From sequence record SRR31156797_5325: 64,000 bases of DNA. One strand, 5' to 3'. Of this stretch, positions 50,513 to 59,875 are shown piece after piece. The notes beneath the pieces are model-generated. The model worked only from the letters and a program-made list of their open reading frames with translations. It had not been told where the DNA came from and did not search any database. The number at the start of each line of letters is the position of its first letter. Within the stretch, counting starts at the first letter, position 1. The translations under genes were made by a program, and so were the position numbers.

Positions 50513-51315
50513 GACTTCAGCCCACTTAACGTGTTGAGTACGTTAGACAGATAGCAGTGATCATCGAACTGCTTACGCAGAGTATCTATCGCTTTGGTTT
50601 GAGAATCAGAAAGGGCTTTGTGCGAGAAAATCGCTAACGCACCGTATGCTTCTGTTGCCTCACTACCGACCAGACCTGAAACGTCTTCAACACCGTCCAA
50701 AAATGTCACGTTATAACCTTTTTCCGCCCATGTGACTGCCCACAGCCAAGCGAGAACACTTCCCACCGGATCAAAACTAGCACACAAGCATTTTCCTTTT
50801 GTCGCGGCTTTATTTTCAGACTCAAGAATATACGACAGTTTATTGGTCATAATGCTTTGGAATAGTCCTTTTTGGATTGAACGCCAAGGGCCTTTCACGC
50901 GTTCTAAAGCATCAATGACAGGAAACACAAACTGGGTTTCAACGTTATCTAATGGATACTCTTTCATCACGGTAGAAATGATCTGTTCCGCTTTACCTTT
51001 GTTCAATTTAGACAGTGCAGTAAGTAACTGCTCACACTCTTCAAGCTGAGCACTATCCGTCTCGCTTAGAGTCGTTTCCGCAGTGCTACCTTTAAGCAAT
51101 TCGCTCACTTTACCGATAGAGACACCTTTAGCGAGCCAACCTTGAATCTCTCTGATCGTCTCAATATTGTGATCATTAAACAGGCGATGACCTTTTTCTG
51201 TTCTCTGCGGTTGGACTAAATTGTATCGACGTTGCCATGCGCGCAATGTGACAGGTTTTACACCTGTTATTTCCGCCACTTCACGGATGGCGTATAGCTT
51301 TTGTTCATAAGCCAT
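50509..51315 (-). CDS. MerR-family (CarH/LitR/MlrA-like) regulator of the photolyase operon
   Basis: TLRAWQRRY...GHRLF HTH; extended C-terminal domain. Confidence 0.88.
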   Translation of the reverse strand: MAYEQKLYAIREVAEITGVKPVTLRAWQRRYNLVQPQRTEKGHRLFNDHNIETIREIQGWLAKGVSIGKVSELLKGSTAETTLSETDSAQLEECEQLLTALSKLNKGKAEQIISTVMKEYPLDNVETQFVFPVIDALERVKGPWRSIQKGLFQSIMTNKLSYILESENKAATKGKCLCASFDPVGSVLAWLWAVTWAEKGYNVTFLDGVEDVSGLVGSEATEAYGALAIFSHKALSDSQTKAIDTLRKQFDDHCYLSNVLNTLSGLKS

Positions 51316-52258
51316 AGCGTAATTTTAACTCCTGAGGATGAGGATCTAGGTATCGCTGTTGCATTAGATATGCATCGGGATACAGGGTTAAATAGTGTTT
51401 AATCAGAGTTAAGGGCGCAAGCAAAGGCAATACACCGTTACGGTAGTCGTGAATCACTTGCGTCAGTTCCATTTTCTGTGATTTATCCAATGAACGCTTA
51501 AAGTACCCCTGGATGTGCATAAGAACATTGGTATGGTTCTTACGGCTCGCTTTGGTTTTGAGAGCCTGCATCAACTGTAACCGATATGTCTCGATAAACT
51601 CTTGTGTGGAATATTTTGCCACATTTGCCACTAGGCCACCTAACGCTCTGTACGAAAGTGGATGATGGGCCATCAAAGTCAGCTTGTAACGAGAGTGAAA
51701 CTCGACCACTTTGCCTGCTGTTGGGTTGTTGCCTAATGTCTGATGAAAATCATACAAACAGTAAACTCGGGTAAAGAAGTTTTCTCTGATTACCGCGTCA
51801 TTCAGCCGGCCATCTTCTTCGATTGGCAACCAAGGAATCTGCTCCATGAGCTTTTGGGTATAAAGGCCGACGCCATTCTTTTCAGCATGATGCTCACTGT
51901 ATACCTTTACTTTCTCCATTCCACAGGTTGGAGATTTGGCGCACACAATATAACCGCAAAGTGCTTGTTGCTTCAGTTCAGAGACGACCTTATTCGAGTA
52001 ATCAACGAGTTTGTCGGTATGGTCTTTGGTTTGATCTTTTGTTTCAACCAAGGCAATACGGTCTTGATCAGTGATCAGCCGAATCGCTGGACGAGGCACA
52101 GGCAGCCCCATACCCACTTCGGGACACACAGGAATGAACTCAAAGTGCGGCATCAGTTCTTTGAGCACAAATTGACTGGCTTTATGCCCACCATCAAACC
52201 GAACTTTCTCACCCAGAACACATGCACTAATACCAAGGCGAATTGCTTCTCTGTCCAT
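51305..52258 (-). CDS. ybgA: DUF523 + DUF1722 (YbgA-like) protein
   Basis: GISAC...RFDG, CPE, KSPTCG; FHSRYKL, NVLMHIQGYFK. Confidence 0.88.
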   Translation of the reverse strand: MDREAIRLGISACVLGEKVRFDGGHKASQFVLKELMPHFEFIPVCPEVGMGLPVPRPAIRLITDQDRIALVETKDQTKDHTDKLVDYSNKVVSELKQQALCGYIVCAKSPTCGMEKVKVYSEHHAEKNGVGLYTQKLMEQIPWLPIEEDGRLNDAVIRENFFTRVYCLYDFHQTLGNNPTAGKVVEFHSRYKLTLMAHHPLSYRALGGLVANVAKYSTQEFIETYRLQLMQALKTKASRKNHTNVLMHIQGYFKRSLDKSQKMELTQVIHDYRNGVLPLLAPLTLIKHYLTLYPDAYLMQQRYLDPHPQELKLRYGL

Positions 52259-52270
52259 CTTAGCCCCCAG

Positions 52271-52343
52271 TTATACAAATAAAAACCTTGTACAATTTAT
52301 AGCACACTGGTGCCGGGTTGTACAAATTAAAAAATCGTACAAC
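52271..52343. promoter_or_regulatory. Repeated TACAA operator sites upstream of the ybgA-merR-phr operon
   Basis: TACAA at 52274, 52291, 52321 and 52338 (spacing 17, 30, 17 bp). Confidence 0.65.
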
Positions 52344-52433
52344 TAATGCTAACGTTTGCACTAATCGATTGCCCTAGCAGTTTCAACACTTTTAGTTATC
52401 AACAACCATCAAAGATGACATTGTCGTTTTTTT

Positions 52434-52449
52434 TGTGACTATGGTCTCA
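52434..52449 (+). promoter_or_regulatory. Putative CRP site upstream of deoD
   Basis: TGTGA-CTATGG-TCTCA, one mismatch from TGTGA-N6-TCACA. Confidence 0.65.
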
Positions 52450-52564
52450 AGAACACCTCTGGTTACTCACTATTATTGCCCCAACAGACAAGTTCACAGT
52501 CAACACAAATAGTAATTACTAATCTTCTACTATTAAAAAGGCTGATTATTTTTGGAGAGTACTT

Positions 52565-53275
52565 ATGGCAACCCCACATATTAACGCGCAACCTGGTGAT
52601 TTCGCTGAAACCGTTCTAATGCCTGGTGATCCTTTACGTGCAAAGTTTATCGCTGATACCTACCTTGAAGATGTAAAACAAGTATGTGATGTACGTAATA
52701 TGTTTGGTTACACCGGTACTTACAAAGGTAAGAAGGTATCGGTAATGGGCCACGGTATGGGTATCCCTTCATGCTGTATTTACGTTCACGAACTGATTGC
52801 TGAATATGGCGTTAAAAACGTTATTCGCGTTGGTAGCTGTGGTGCTGTACGTGATGATGTAAAACTGATGGACGTTGTTATCGGTATGGGTGCTTCAACA
52901 GACTCTAAAGTTAACCGTATCCGTTTCAGCAACCATGACTTTGCAGCAATTGCTGATTTTGACCTACTAGAAACGGCAGTAGCACAAGCTCGTGCTCAAG
53001 AAGTTTCAATTAAAGTCGGTAACGTATTCTCTGCAGATTTGTTCTACACTCCTGAGCCAGAAATTTTCGAAAAAATGAAAAACCTAGGTATTCTAGGTGT
53101 TGATATGGAAGCAGCAGGTATTTATGGTGTTGCAGCAGATTTGGGTGCTCGCGCACTGACTATTCTAACGGTTTCTGACCACATCATCCGCGGCGAAAAA
53201 CTGAGCGCAGAAGATCGTCAAAAATCATTCCATGAAATGATGCAAGTTGCTCTTGAAACAGCGATCAACATGTAA
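52565..53275 (+). CDS. deoD: Purine nucleoside phosphorylase
   Basis: [35 protein letters not shown]. Confidence 0.96.
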   Translation: MATPHINAQPGDFAETVLMPGDPLRAKFIADTYLEDVKQVCDVRNMFGYTGTYKGKKVSVMGHGMGIPSCCIYVHELIAEYGVKNVIRVGSCGAVRDDVKLMDVVIGMGASTDSKVNRIRFSNHDFAAIADFDLLETAVAQARAQEVSIKVGNVFSADLFYTPEPEIFEKMKNLGILGVDMEAAGIYGVAADLGARALTILTVSDHIIRGEKLSAEDRQKSFHEMMQVALETAINM

Positions 53276-53340
53276 CTCTTTTTATACTAGGTTGCTAAGC
53301 TCCGCCCTTAGCAACCGCTTTATTTCCCGAGGGGGCGATC

Positions 53341-54810
53341 GTGTCGACCGACCAACTACCTGCGGATGCTGATGGCTTGCAGCTCAACTTTTGTAAAACA
53401 TTGGCGTGTGACAACTTTGGTTTGAGTGATGCCGAACGTTATGTTCTGCAACATGCAAATCCTAAGCGTCCAACGATGGTTTGTCGTGAATGCGGTGCTT
53501 TCCCCCCCTTACTTAATAACCAAGAAGTTCTCAATGAACTTATGCGCTTGCGCCAACTGCACAGTGATGGCTTACCCGCCTGTCGTAACTCAGAGTGTGA
53601 AAACTCTGGGCTTTCTGTACATACCCATAAACACCTTTATCATGCATTTGGCTATAGTGGTGACCGCCAGCGTTATCGCTGTAAAGCTTGTCACTCAACA
53701 TTTGTCGACAAATGGTCCGGAGTAAACAAAAAGCTCGTATTCCAAGAAAACCTTTTTGGTCTGCTTTTCATGGGCTATTCGGTCAGAGAGGTGTGCAGAA
53801 AACTCAGTATCAACCCTAAAACTTTTTATGACCATATCGACCATATTGCAAGCCGCTGCCGCCGTAAGCTTGCCATGGTAGATGCTCGCTGGGTCAATCA
53901 TGCCAAAAGTTTTGAGTTTTCCTCCCAATACATGTCGTTACAACCCAAAAGTAATAATGGGGTATTTTGGATCGCCACCGGTGAGAGACACACTGGATAC
54001 ATACTGTGCCAGCACGTTAACTATTCAGCGACAGAAGAACCTGTAGGCCCGGTTGATCACGACCCATATCAGACACCAGCGAGATACGTTTCTCGTGATT
54101 ACAGTGCTGAGACGCGAGCGCCTCAAGCGCAAGCTTCTCCAATCTTACGTGAGAGAATCGATCAGCAGTACCAAACCATTCTTGCTCGAGGCAATGTAGA
54201 GGACCCGTTGGGTAACTTAACGCGATTTAACTACCCATCCAAAGGTGCGTTAATCCGTCCCCCTTATACTTCTTACGCGCATTATCTCCACGTATTAGAT
54301 ATGTGTGACGATTCAAAACCGATTTCCGTCTCTATGCCTCAAGATCCACTACTGCGTTCTGCAGCATTAAGCGTTTGTTTACCCAGAATCAAGCGTCAGA
54401 ATGTTGACTTACTGTACGTAGAAGAAGATGCCAATTGGGACAATAGCCAAACTATCGACAAAACGGATATTGTCCATATGGGTTGGTGGAGAGATCGTTG
54501 GGCAATCGCTCACCAAGAAAATGGAGCCAAAGGAGTCTGCCACTTAGCAGGCCCTAACCCTACTCCAGAACACTGGTTAGAAAAGGCATCGGTGAAACAA
54601 ATCGAATTCTATCAGCAACGATTCCAAGTGTTATTTGAATCATTTATCAACGAGCCTAGACGCAAATTACGTCCTGGAGGAATACAACCCTTGCTGGACA
54701 TTTACCGTGCATGGCACAATCTATGCTATCAAGATAAACATGGAACCACTGCGGCACAGAATTTAGGCTTAACTCAAGCCCCATTAACACTAAAAGAGCT
54801 GTTATCTTAG
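53341..54810 (+). CDS. Zn-ribbon/HTH protein of IS1-like transposase ancestry, probably inactive (domesticated)
   Basis: Cys pairs; InsA-like RQRYRCKACHSTF; HTH GYSVREVCRKLSINPKTFY; C-terminal WHN...TAAQNLGL; no IRs seen. Confidence 0.7.
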   Translation: MSTDQLPADADGLQLNFCKTLACDNFGLSDAERYVLQHANPKRPTMVCRECGAFPPLLNNQEVLNELMRLRQLHSDGLPACRNSECENSGLSVHTHKHLYHAFGYSGDRQRYRCKACHSTFVDKWSGVNKKLVFQENLFGLLFMGYSVREVCRKLSINPKTFYDHIDHIASRCRRKLAMVDARWVNHAKSFEFSSQYMSLQPKSNNGVFWIATGERHTGYILCQHVNYSATEEPVGPVDHDPYQTPARYVSRDYSAETRAPQAQASPILRERIDQQYQTILARGNVEDPLGNLTRFNYPSKGALIRPPYTSYAHYLHVLDMCDDSKPISVSMPQDPLLRSAALSVCLPRIKRQNVDLLYVEEDANWDNSQTIDKTDIVHMGWWRDRWAIAHQENGAKGVCHLAGPNPTPEHWLEKASVKQIEFYQQRFQVLFESFINEPRRKLRPGGIQPLLDIYRAWHNLCYQDKHGTTAAQNLGLTQAPLTLKELLS

Positions 54811-54957
54811 CTCTGTTGTCGTCGGAGTGTGAAGCAGCACAAATTGTTTACAAGCGGATGCTAAAAAACGTATGGTTTGTTATTCAAATAGTGCTTAATA
54901 AAACTGATACAGCACCACAGATTACTGTATCAGTAAGATAAGCTTAGGGAATTTGAG

Positions 54958-56445
54958 TTGGACCAAAGCCAGTACCTTTTATTATCAGAAATTAATCAGC
55001 TTAGAAATCGCGTAGAATCTGAGCCAGATTCGGTGTTGGCGCTCGCTAGTAAATCTCTCACCCATGCAAAACAAATACAATTTCCCGATGGTATTATCCA
55101 ATCATTAATTGTGATGTGTCGTGCCGCTTGGTGCAGTATGGACTACCGTCGCGGGCTCAAATACATCAAAGAAGCTCACCAGTACCAAAATAGCTTAGAG
55201 ACCGATGAAGCCCTGCCGGAGATCCTCCACCTCTACGCTTTAAACTATTGGGGGCAAGCCAAATACTATACTGCCCAGCAATATTGGATTAATGCTCTCG
55301 AACAGTCGGCACTTGTCGACGAGGTTGAAATCCAGATTGAGAGCCTGATTGGTTTGGGAAATGTCTGGCGAATCACTAAACATTACGATCTAGCCTGTTC
55401 AACTCATCAGTTAGCGGCAAAAGTTGCCCGCAATGTCCGCATTGCCTGGTTAGAGGGCAAAGCGCGTATTTTATGGTCATGGGACCTGTACTTGTTAGAG
55501 CAGTATGTCGATATGCTCACGGTACTTGACGGCGCAGACGAAGCCCTAGTGGGTCATCCTGATAAAACCTGGCATGCCGAAGTGTGGGACTTTAGAGGCC
55601 TTGCGTTGTTAGGCTTAGAGCGAGTAGAAGACGCAGAAGCCGCCACTCAGAAGGCTCACAATTTGGCGGTGGCGCACAACCTGTCTTGGATGAAGGCGCA
55701 TTCCTATATCAGTCGCGCCAGAATCGAGCTATTGAGAAAAAACCTCAGTAAAGCGTCACATTTACTTGCATCTGCTGAACAAACGGCCAAAAACTTCGAT
55801 AACGGTGAACTACTTTCACAAATTTGTTATCAACAATCTCTGGTGGCAGAAGAAAACGGTGATGACAAAACCGCATTAGAAGCATTTAAAAAATATCGCC
55901 AGTATTCTCTTGATATGCTGCATGAACAAACCATGAGACTAGGGTCAGACAAAGCTCGCTCTTCTAAACGTCAACTTGATCAACGCGCACGTAAGCTGAT
56001 TAACCGTATCCGTAACCAGCACGAGTACAGTCCGGAAAAGAACCTATCCAATGTTGTTCCTGAAAACTACTGGTGGGAACAGATGGTGCTGCATAAAGTT
56101 GAACTGGCAGAGTCCACCCACTCAGTGATTGTGATTCGCCACACCAACCCGTTATTTTTAGACGCTTGTACCGAACTCGTACACTCTTTGTGCTCTGCTC
56201 AAGACATTCTTTCGCGTCTGAGCCCGAATACGTTAGGCTTACTCATTGGCGAACGCTCGGACAGTGTACAACCGATATTCGATGTGTTGGGCAAAATGCT
56301 TGAGATCTACCCGTGGGAAAGAAGGAAGCTGTTCGGAGTGCCACCTAAAGCCGTGCTTTACACTATATTGAGTTTTCCATTTACCCTTGAGCAACTTGAA
56401 GAAATTGATTTAGAGGAAGAGTCTGATGGAAACGCTACTGAATAA
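54958..56445 (+). CDS. TPR-repeat protein with a probable degenerate GGDEF-like C-terminus
   Basis: TPR-like helices (SLIGLGNVW, WDFRGLALL); QDILSRLSPNTLGLLI occupies the position of the D..xRxGGEEF element. Confidence 0.7.
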   Translation: MDQSQYLLLSEINQLRNRVESEPDSVLALASKSLTHAKQIQFPDGIIQSLIVMCRAAWCSMDYRRGLKYIKEAHQYQNSLETDEALPEILHLYALNYWGQAKYYTAQQYWINALEQSALVDEVEIQIESLIGLGNVWRITKHYDLACSTHQLAAKVARNVRIAWLEGKARILWSWDLYLLEQYVDMLTVLDGADEALVGHPDKTWHAEVWDFRGLALLGLERVEDAEAATQKAHNLAVAHNLSWMKAHSYISRARIELLRKNLSKASHLLASAEQTAKNFDNGELLSQICYQQSLVAEENGDDKTALEAFKKYRQYSLDMLHEQTMRLGSDKARSSKRQLDQRARKLINRIRNQHEYSPEKNLSNVVPENYWWEQMVLHKVELAESTHSVIVIRHTNPLFLDACTELVHSLCSAQDILSRLSPNTLGLLIGERSDSVQPIFDVLGKMLEIYPWERRKLFGVPPKAVLYTILSFPFTLEQLEEIDLEEESDGNATE

Positions 56446-58003
56446 AATTCAAGAAGCAGGACTTGACCCGACCTCCGTCAGCGGTGAACAAGCGATTCAG
56501 TTCTGGAACAAAATCCGCAAAAACATCGCCAATAACAACGATGAAAAAGCCATGTGCTTGATCGTAAGTGCTCAGTACCATGCGGAAATGCACAAGCTGA
56601 CTGATAGTATTGCTGAGCTACGCTCTGCACTTAACCTTCTTTCTCCAAATGACCCAGAGCTGGTGTTATCGGTGAAACACAGCTTAAGTGAAAGACTGGT
56701 CGACAACGGGGATTATACCGAGGCACTCCAAGAGTATGTATCGACGTCACAATTGGCCGTCGAGTATCGCCTGATTGACGATTACGTGTTGGCAATTTTA
56801 GGCATGGGCAATCTGTGTGACGCCTACGGCGACCACCGTCGTGCAATGAGCTACTACCTTAAGATTGACACCCTAAACAATGCGATAACCAGTCGTTCAC
56901 TCAGACTGCGTTACAAGCTTTATATGCTTGCCTGCTATGTCAATATGGGCCGATTTAACCAAGCTCGCGAACTGGTGAATGAGTGCGAAGAACTGAGCAT
57001 ATTGGTGAGCGATAAGATCCTCGCCGGACAGACGATTCTCTATGACTCAAAAATTATGCGCCACCAGGGCAAGTATCAAGAAGCGCTCAACAACTTATCG
57101 AACGTTCAATATCAGGCTGGCAACATACAGTCGTTTTGGTTAGCCAATATGGTTCGAGTTGAACAGGCAAAATGCCTATTAGAAATGGGCAAACCCTTGT
57201 TCTCCAACATGCTGCTGTTCAGTACTGAAAAAAGGCTTAAACGTTACCCTTCTCCAATCTGGGAAAAAGGCTTATACCAAACATTTAGCCGTATTTTTGA
57301 ACGTCAAGAAATGTTTAAAGAAGCACTCTACTATGAACGTCAAGCGTTCAATGTTGAGTCTGAGCTCATTCAAACCATACCTATTGCTGAACTCGGCGCA
57401 ACCCAGCTGCGCCGCCTTTCTCGTTTTGAACTGCAACTGAAGCTGATTGTTTCCGAACAGGAGAATCAAGAGCTCAAAGAGACCACAGAGATCCACAAAA
57501 ATACCGTGGCTCGCTTACAGCAGGACGTGTTCACTGACCCTCTCACCAAGCTCCACAACCGACGTTGGTTAGATGGTAAGTTAAAAGACTTGTTGCACAG
57601 TGAAGTACCCTTTGCCTTCCTTGTGATTGATATTGACCACTTTAAATCGATTAATGATGAATTGAGTCACTTGGTGGGTGATAAAGCCATCGTCAATGTT
57701 TCCAGTGAGCTTGCTGATCACTTCGACTTCCCTCAAGCCTCTTGTGTTCGCTACGGTGGTGAAGAATTTCTGGTCATTTTAGAAAACACATCGCTAGAAG
57801 AAGCACAAACCTGCGCTGAAGAATTTAGAGAGCGCATATTTAAATATCATTGGGCCGATATTTTGGGTGAACGCGGTCTGACGATAAGTATCGGTATTAC
57901 GCTCAGCATCGTAGGGGAAAATACCCAAAGAACCTTCTACCGCGCCGATAAAGCCCTCTACAGAGCGAAAGCAAACGGTCGAAATCAAGTTTGTTCCGAA
58001 TAA
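56426..58003 (+). CDS. TPR-GGDEF diguanylate cyclase
   Basis: DPLTKLHNRR, DIDHFKSIND, RYGGEEF, ADKALYRAK; 20-nt overlap with the upstream gene. Confidence 0.93.
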   Translation: METLLNKIQEAGLDPTSVSGEQAIQFWNKIRKNIANNNDEKAMCLIVSAQYHAEMHKLTDSIAELRSALNLLSPNDPELVLSVKHSLSERLVDNGDYTEALQEYVSTSQLAVEYRLIDDYVLAILGMGNLCDAYGDHRRAMSYYLKIDTLNNAITSRSLRLRYKLYMLACYVNMGRFNQARELVNECEELSILVSDKILAGQTILYDSKIMRHQGKYQEALNNLSNVQYQAGNIQSFWLANMVRVEQAKCLLEMGKPLFSNMLLFSTEKRLKRYPSPIWEKGLYQTFSRIFERQEMFKEALYYERQAFNVESELIQTIPIAELGATQLRRLSRFELQLKLIVSEQENQELKETTEIHKNTVARLQQDVFTDPLTKLHNRRWLDGKLKDLLHSEVPFAFLVIDIDHFKSINDELSHLVGDKAIVNVSSELADHFDFPQASCVRYGGEEFLVILENTSLEEAQTCAEEFRERIFKYHWADILGERGLTISIGITLSIVGENTQRTFYRADKALYRAKANGRNQVCSE

Positions 58004-58296
58004 TTGTTTGATTTAAATAATAATATTGCTAAATTCATTGATATGGTTTTTATGCAACATGTGTATCGGTACCTAAGTCAAACAATGGTGGCGGTTCAGT
58101 GAACGATTTTTACTCTTTGCAAAGGAATAATATCGTTAGTTTTTCTTTTTGAACTAAGTTCATTGACGGCTCTCTAAATCCTGCACCTGATATGACTTGA
58201 GTAACTAGGCGTTTTTTTAAAACGTACTATGCTTAACATGGCATTTTTCCATTAAGTTCTCGCACTGTAAGTATCCAGTTTATATAGGAACATTCT

Positions 58297-58677
58297 ATGT
58301 TTTTAGATTATTTCGCCCTAGCGATGTTAATTTTTGTTGCTTTGGTACTTTTTTACGGCGTTATCGTCATTCACGATATTCCGTATGAAATAGCCAAAGA
58401 GCGTAATCACCCGCACCAAGACGCCATCCATGTTGCCGGTTGGGTCAGCCTTTTCACTCTGCACGTTCTGTGGCCTTTCCTTTGGATCTGGGCAACGCTA
58501 TGGCGTTCTGACCGCGGTTGGGGTTTCCATAAACTTCAAGAAGAACAACACGACATCCATGTTCGAGTCGATCAGCTCACGGAACAAGTCGCAACACTCA
58601 AAGCTGAAATCGAAAAACTGAATCAAAACAAAGCTAATACTAAAGCGGATAACGCTCAAGCGGAGGAGCAAAAATAA
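58297..58677 (+). CDS. DUF3302 membrane protein (YibI-like)
   Basis: HDIPYEIAKERNHPHQDAI...WPFLWIWA. Confidence 0.88.
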   Translation: MFLDYFALAMLIFVALVLFYGVIVIHDIPYEIAKERNHPHQDAIHVAGWVSLFTLHVLWPFLWIWATLWRSDRGWGFHKLQEEQHDIHVRVDQLTEQVATLKAEIEKLNQNKANTKADNAQAEEQK

Positions 58678-59807
58678 TGGATTTACTACTTATTTTGACC
58701 TACACCGCTATCTGTATCGCTATTTTTAAGATTTTCAAAATTCCTCTAAATAAATGGTCAGTACCTACCGCAGTGCTGGGCGGTGTTGTTCTGATTGGTA
58801 CCTTGATACTGTTGATGAACTACAATCACCCGTTTACCGCGATTGGTGGTCAGGTATTTAATACGACACCTATTGTATCGGGCGTACGCGGTAAAGTGAC
58901 TGAGGTAGATGTAGTACCGAACCAGCCACTGCGTAAGGGCGATATACTATTCAAAATCGATCCAACGCCATTTGAAGCTGTGGTCGTTCAAAAGCAAGCA
59001 GCTGTCGCTGAAGCTGAACAACAAGTGCTGCAGTTGGAATCGGTTTACAAAGGTGCGGTATCTAACACGGCTAAAGCTGCAGCAGAGCGTGACAAAGCCA
59101 AGCGTGAATTTGAACGTTACGAGAAAGGCTACAAGCGTGGCGCATTTACCGCTCAACAACTGGATACCACAAGACAAGCATACAAAGGGGCTCAAGCATC
59201 ACTGGAAGCGGCGCAAGCAAGTGAAGAATCATCACGTCTAGCGTACGAATCAGAAATCAATGGTGAAAACACCACAGTAGCTCGCGTTCAAGCAGAATTA
59301 GAGCAGGCAGAGTTCAACTTGGAACAAACCGTCGTTGAAGCACCAACCGATGGCTTTGTGACACAGCTAGCGCTGCGTCCGGGGATGATGGCGGTGCCAC
59401 TACCTTTAGCGCCAGTGATGACATTCGTCCATACTGAAGATAAGTTCTATGCAGCGGCTTTCCGTCAAAACTCTCTACAACGTTTAGAAGCAGGTTTTGA
59501 AGCGGAGTTTGTATTCCGAGCGCTTCCTGGACGAGTATTTAAAGGCGAAGTCGTAGAAGTGTTACCAGCGATTGCTGAAGGTCAAATTCAGGCTCGTGGG
59601 GCCCTGCTAGGCACTCAGGCGTTAACCACTCAGGGCCGTGTGATGGTTAAGCTAAAAATTAATGATGATATGAGCCAATACCACTTACCTCTTGGCTCGA
59701 ATGCTGAAGTGGCCGTGTACTCCGATAGTTTTGAACACGTCTCTGTGATGCGTAAAGTATTAATTCGCATGAAGAGCTGGCAAAACTACCTATACCTCGA
59801 TCATTAA
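58677..59807 (+). CDS. HlyD-family membrane fusion protein (YibH-like)
   Basis: N-terminal TMs; lipoyl half-motifs (VRGKV...KGDILFKID, APTDG); coiled coil. Confidence 0.9.
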   Translation: MDLLLILTYTAICIAIFKIFKIPLNKWSVPTAVLGGVVLIGTLILLMNYNHPFTAIGGQVFNTTPIVSGVRGKVTEVDVVPNQPLRKGDILFKIDPTPFEAVVVQKQAAVAEAEQQVLQLESVYKGAVSNTAKAAAERDKAKREFERYEKGYKRGAFTAQQLDTTRQAYKGAQASLEAAQASEESSRLAYESEINGENTTVARVQAELEQAEFNLEQTVVEAPTDGFVTQLALRPGMMAVPLPLAPVMTFVHTEDKFYAAAFRQNSLQRLEAGFEAEFVFRALPGRVFKGEVVEVLPAIAEGQIQARGALLGTQALTTQGRVMVKLKINDDMSQYHLPLGSNAEVAVYSDSFEHVSVMRKVLIRMKSWQNYLYLDH

Positions 59808-59824
59808 TACCAATTTAGACACGT

Positions 59825-59862
59825 AAAAAAGCCCCGATTTACACTATAAATCGGGGCTTTTT
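59825..59862. terminator. Bidirectional terminator
   Basis: AAAAAGCCCCGATTTA-CACTA-TAAATCGGGGCTTTTT. Confidence 0.88.
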
Positions 59863-59875
59863 ATTGGTTAAAACA

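Noticed and set aside
51743-52282. 179-aa plus-strand ORF and the many other short antisense or nested ORFs in the track
   Set aside because: Shadow frames of well-supported genes with no RBS or motif support
53341-54810. Active insertion sequence
   Set aside because: No terminal inverted repeats or target duplication, and catalytic residues look degenerate; reported as domesticated instead
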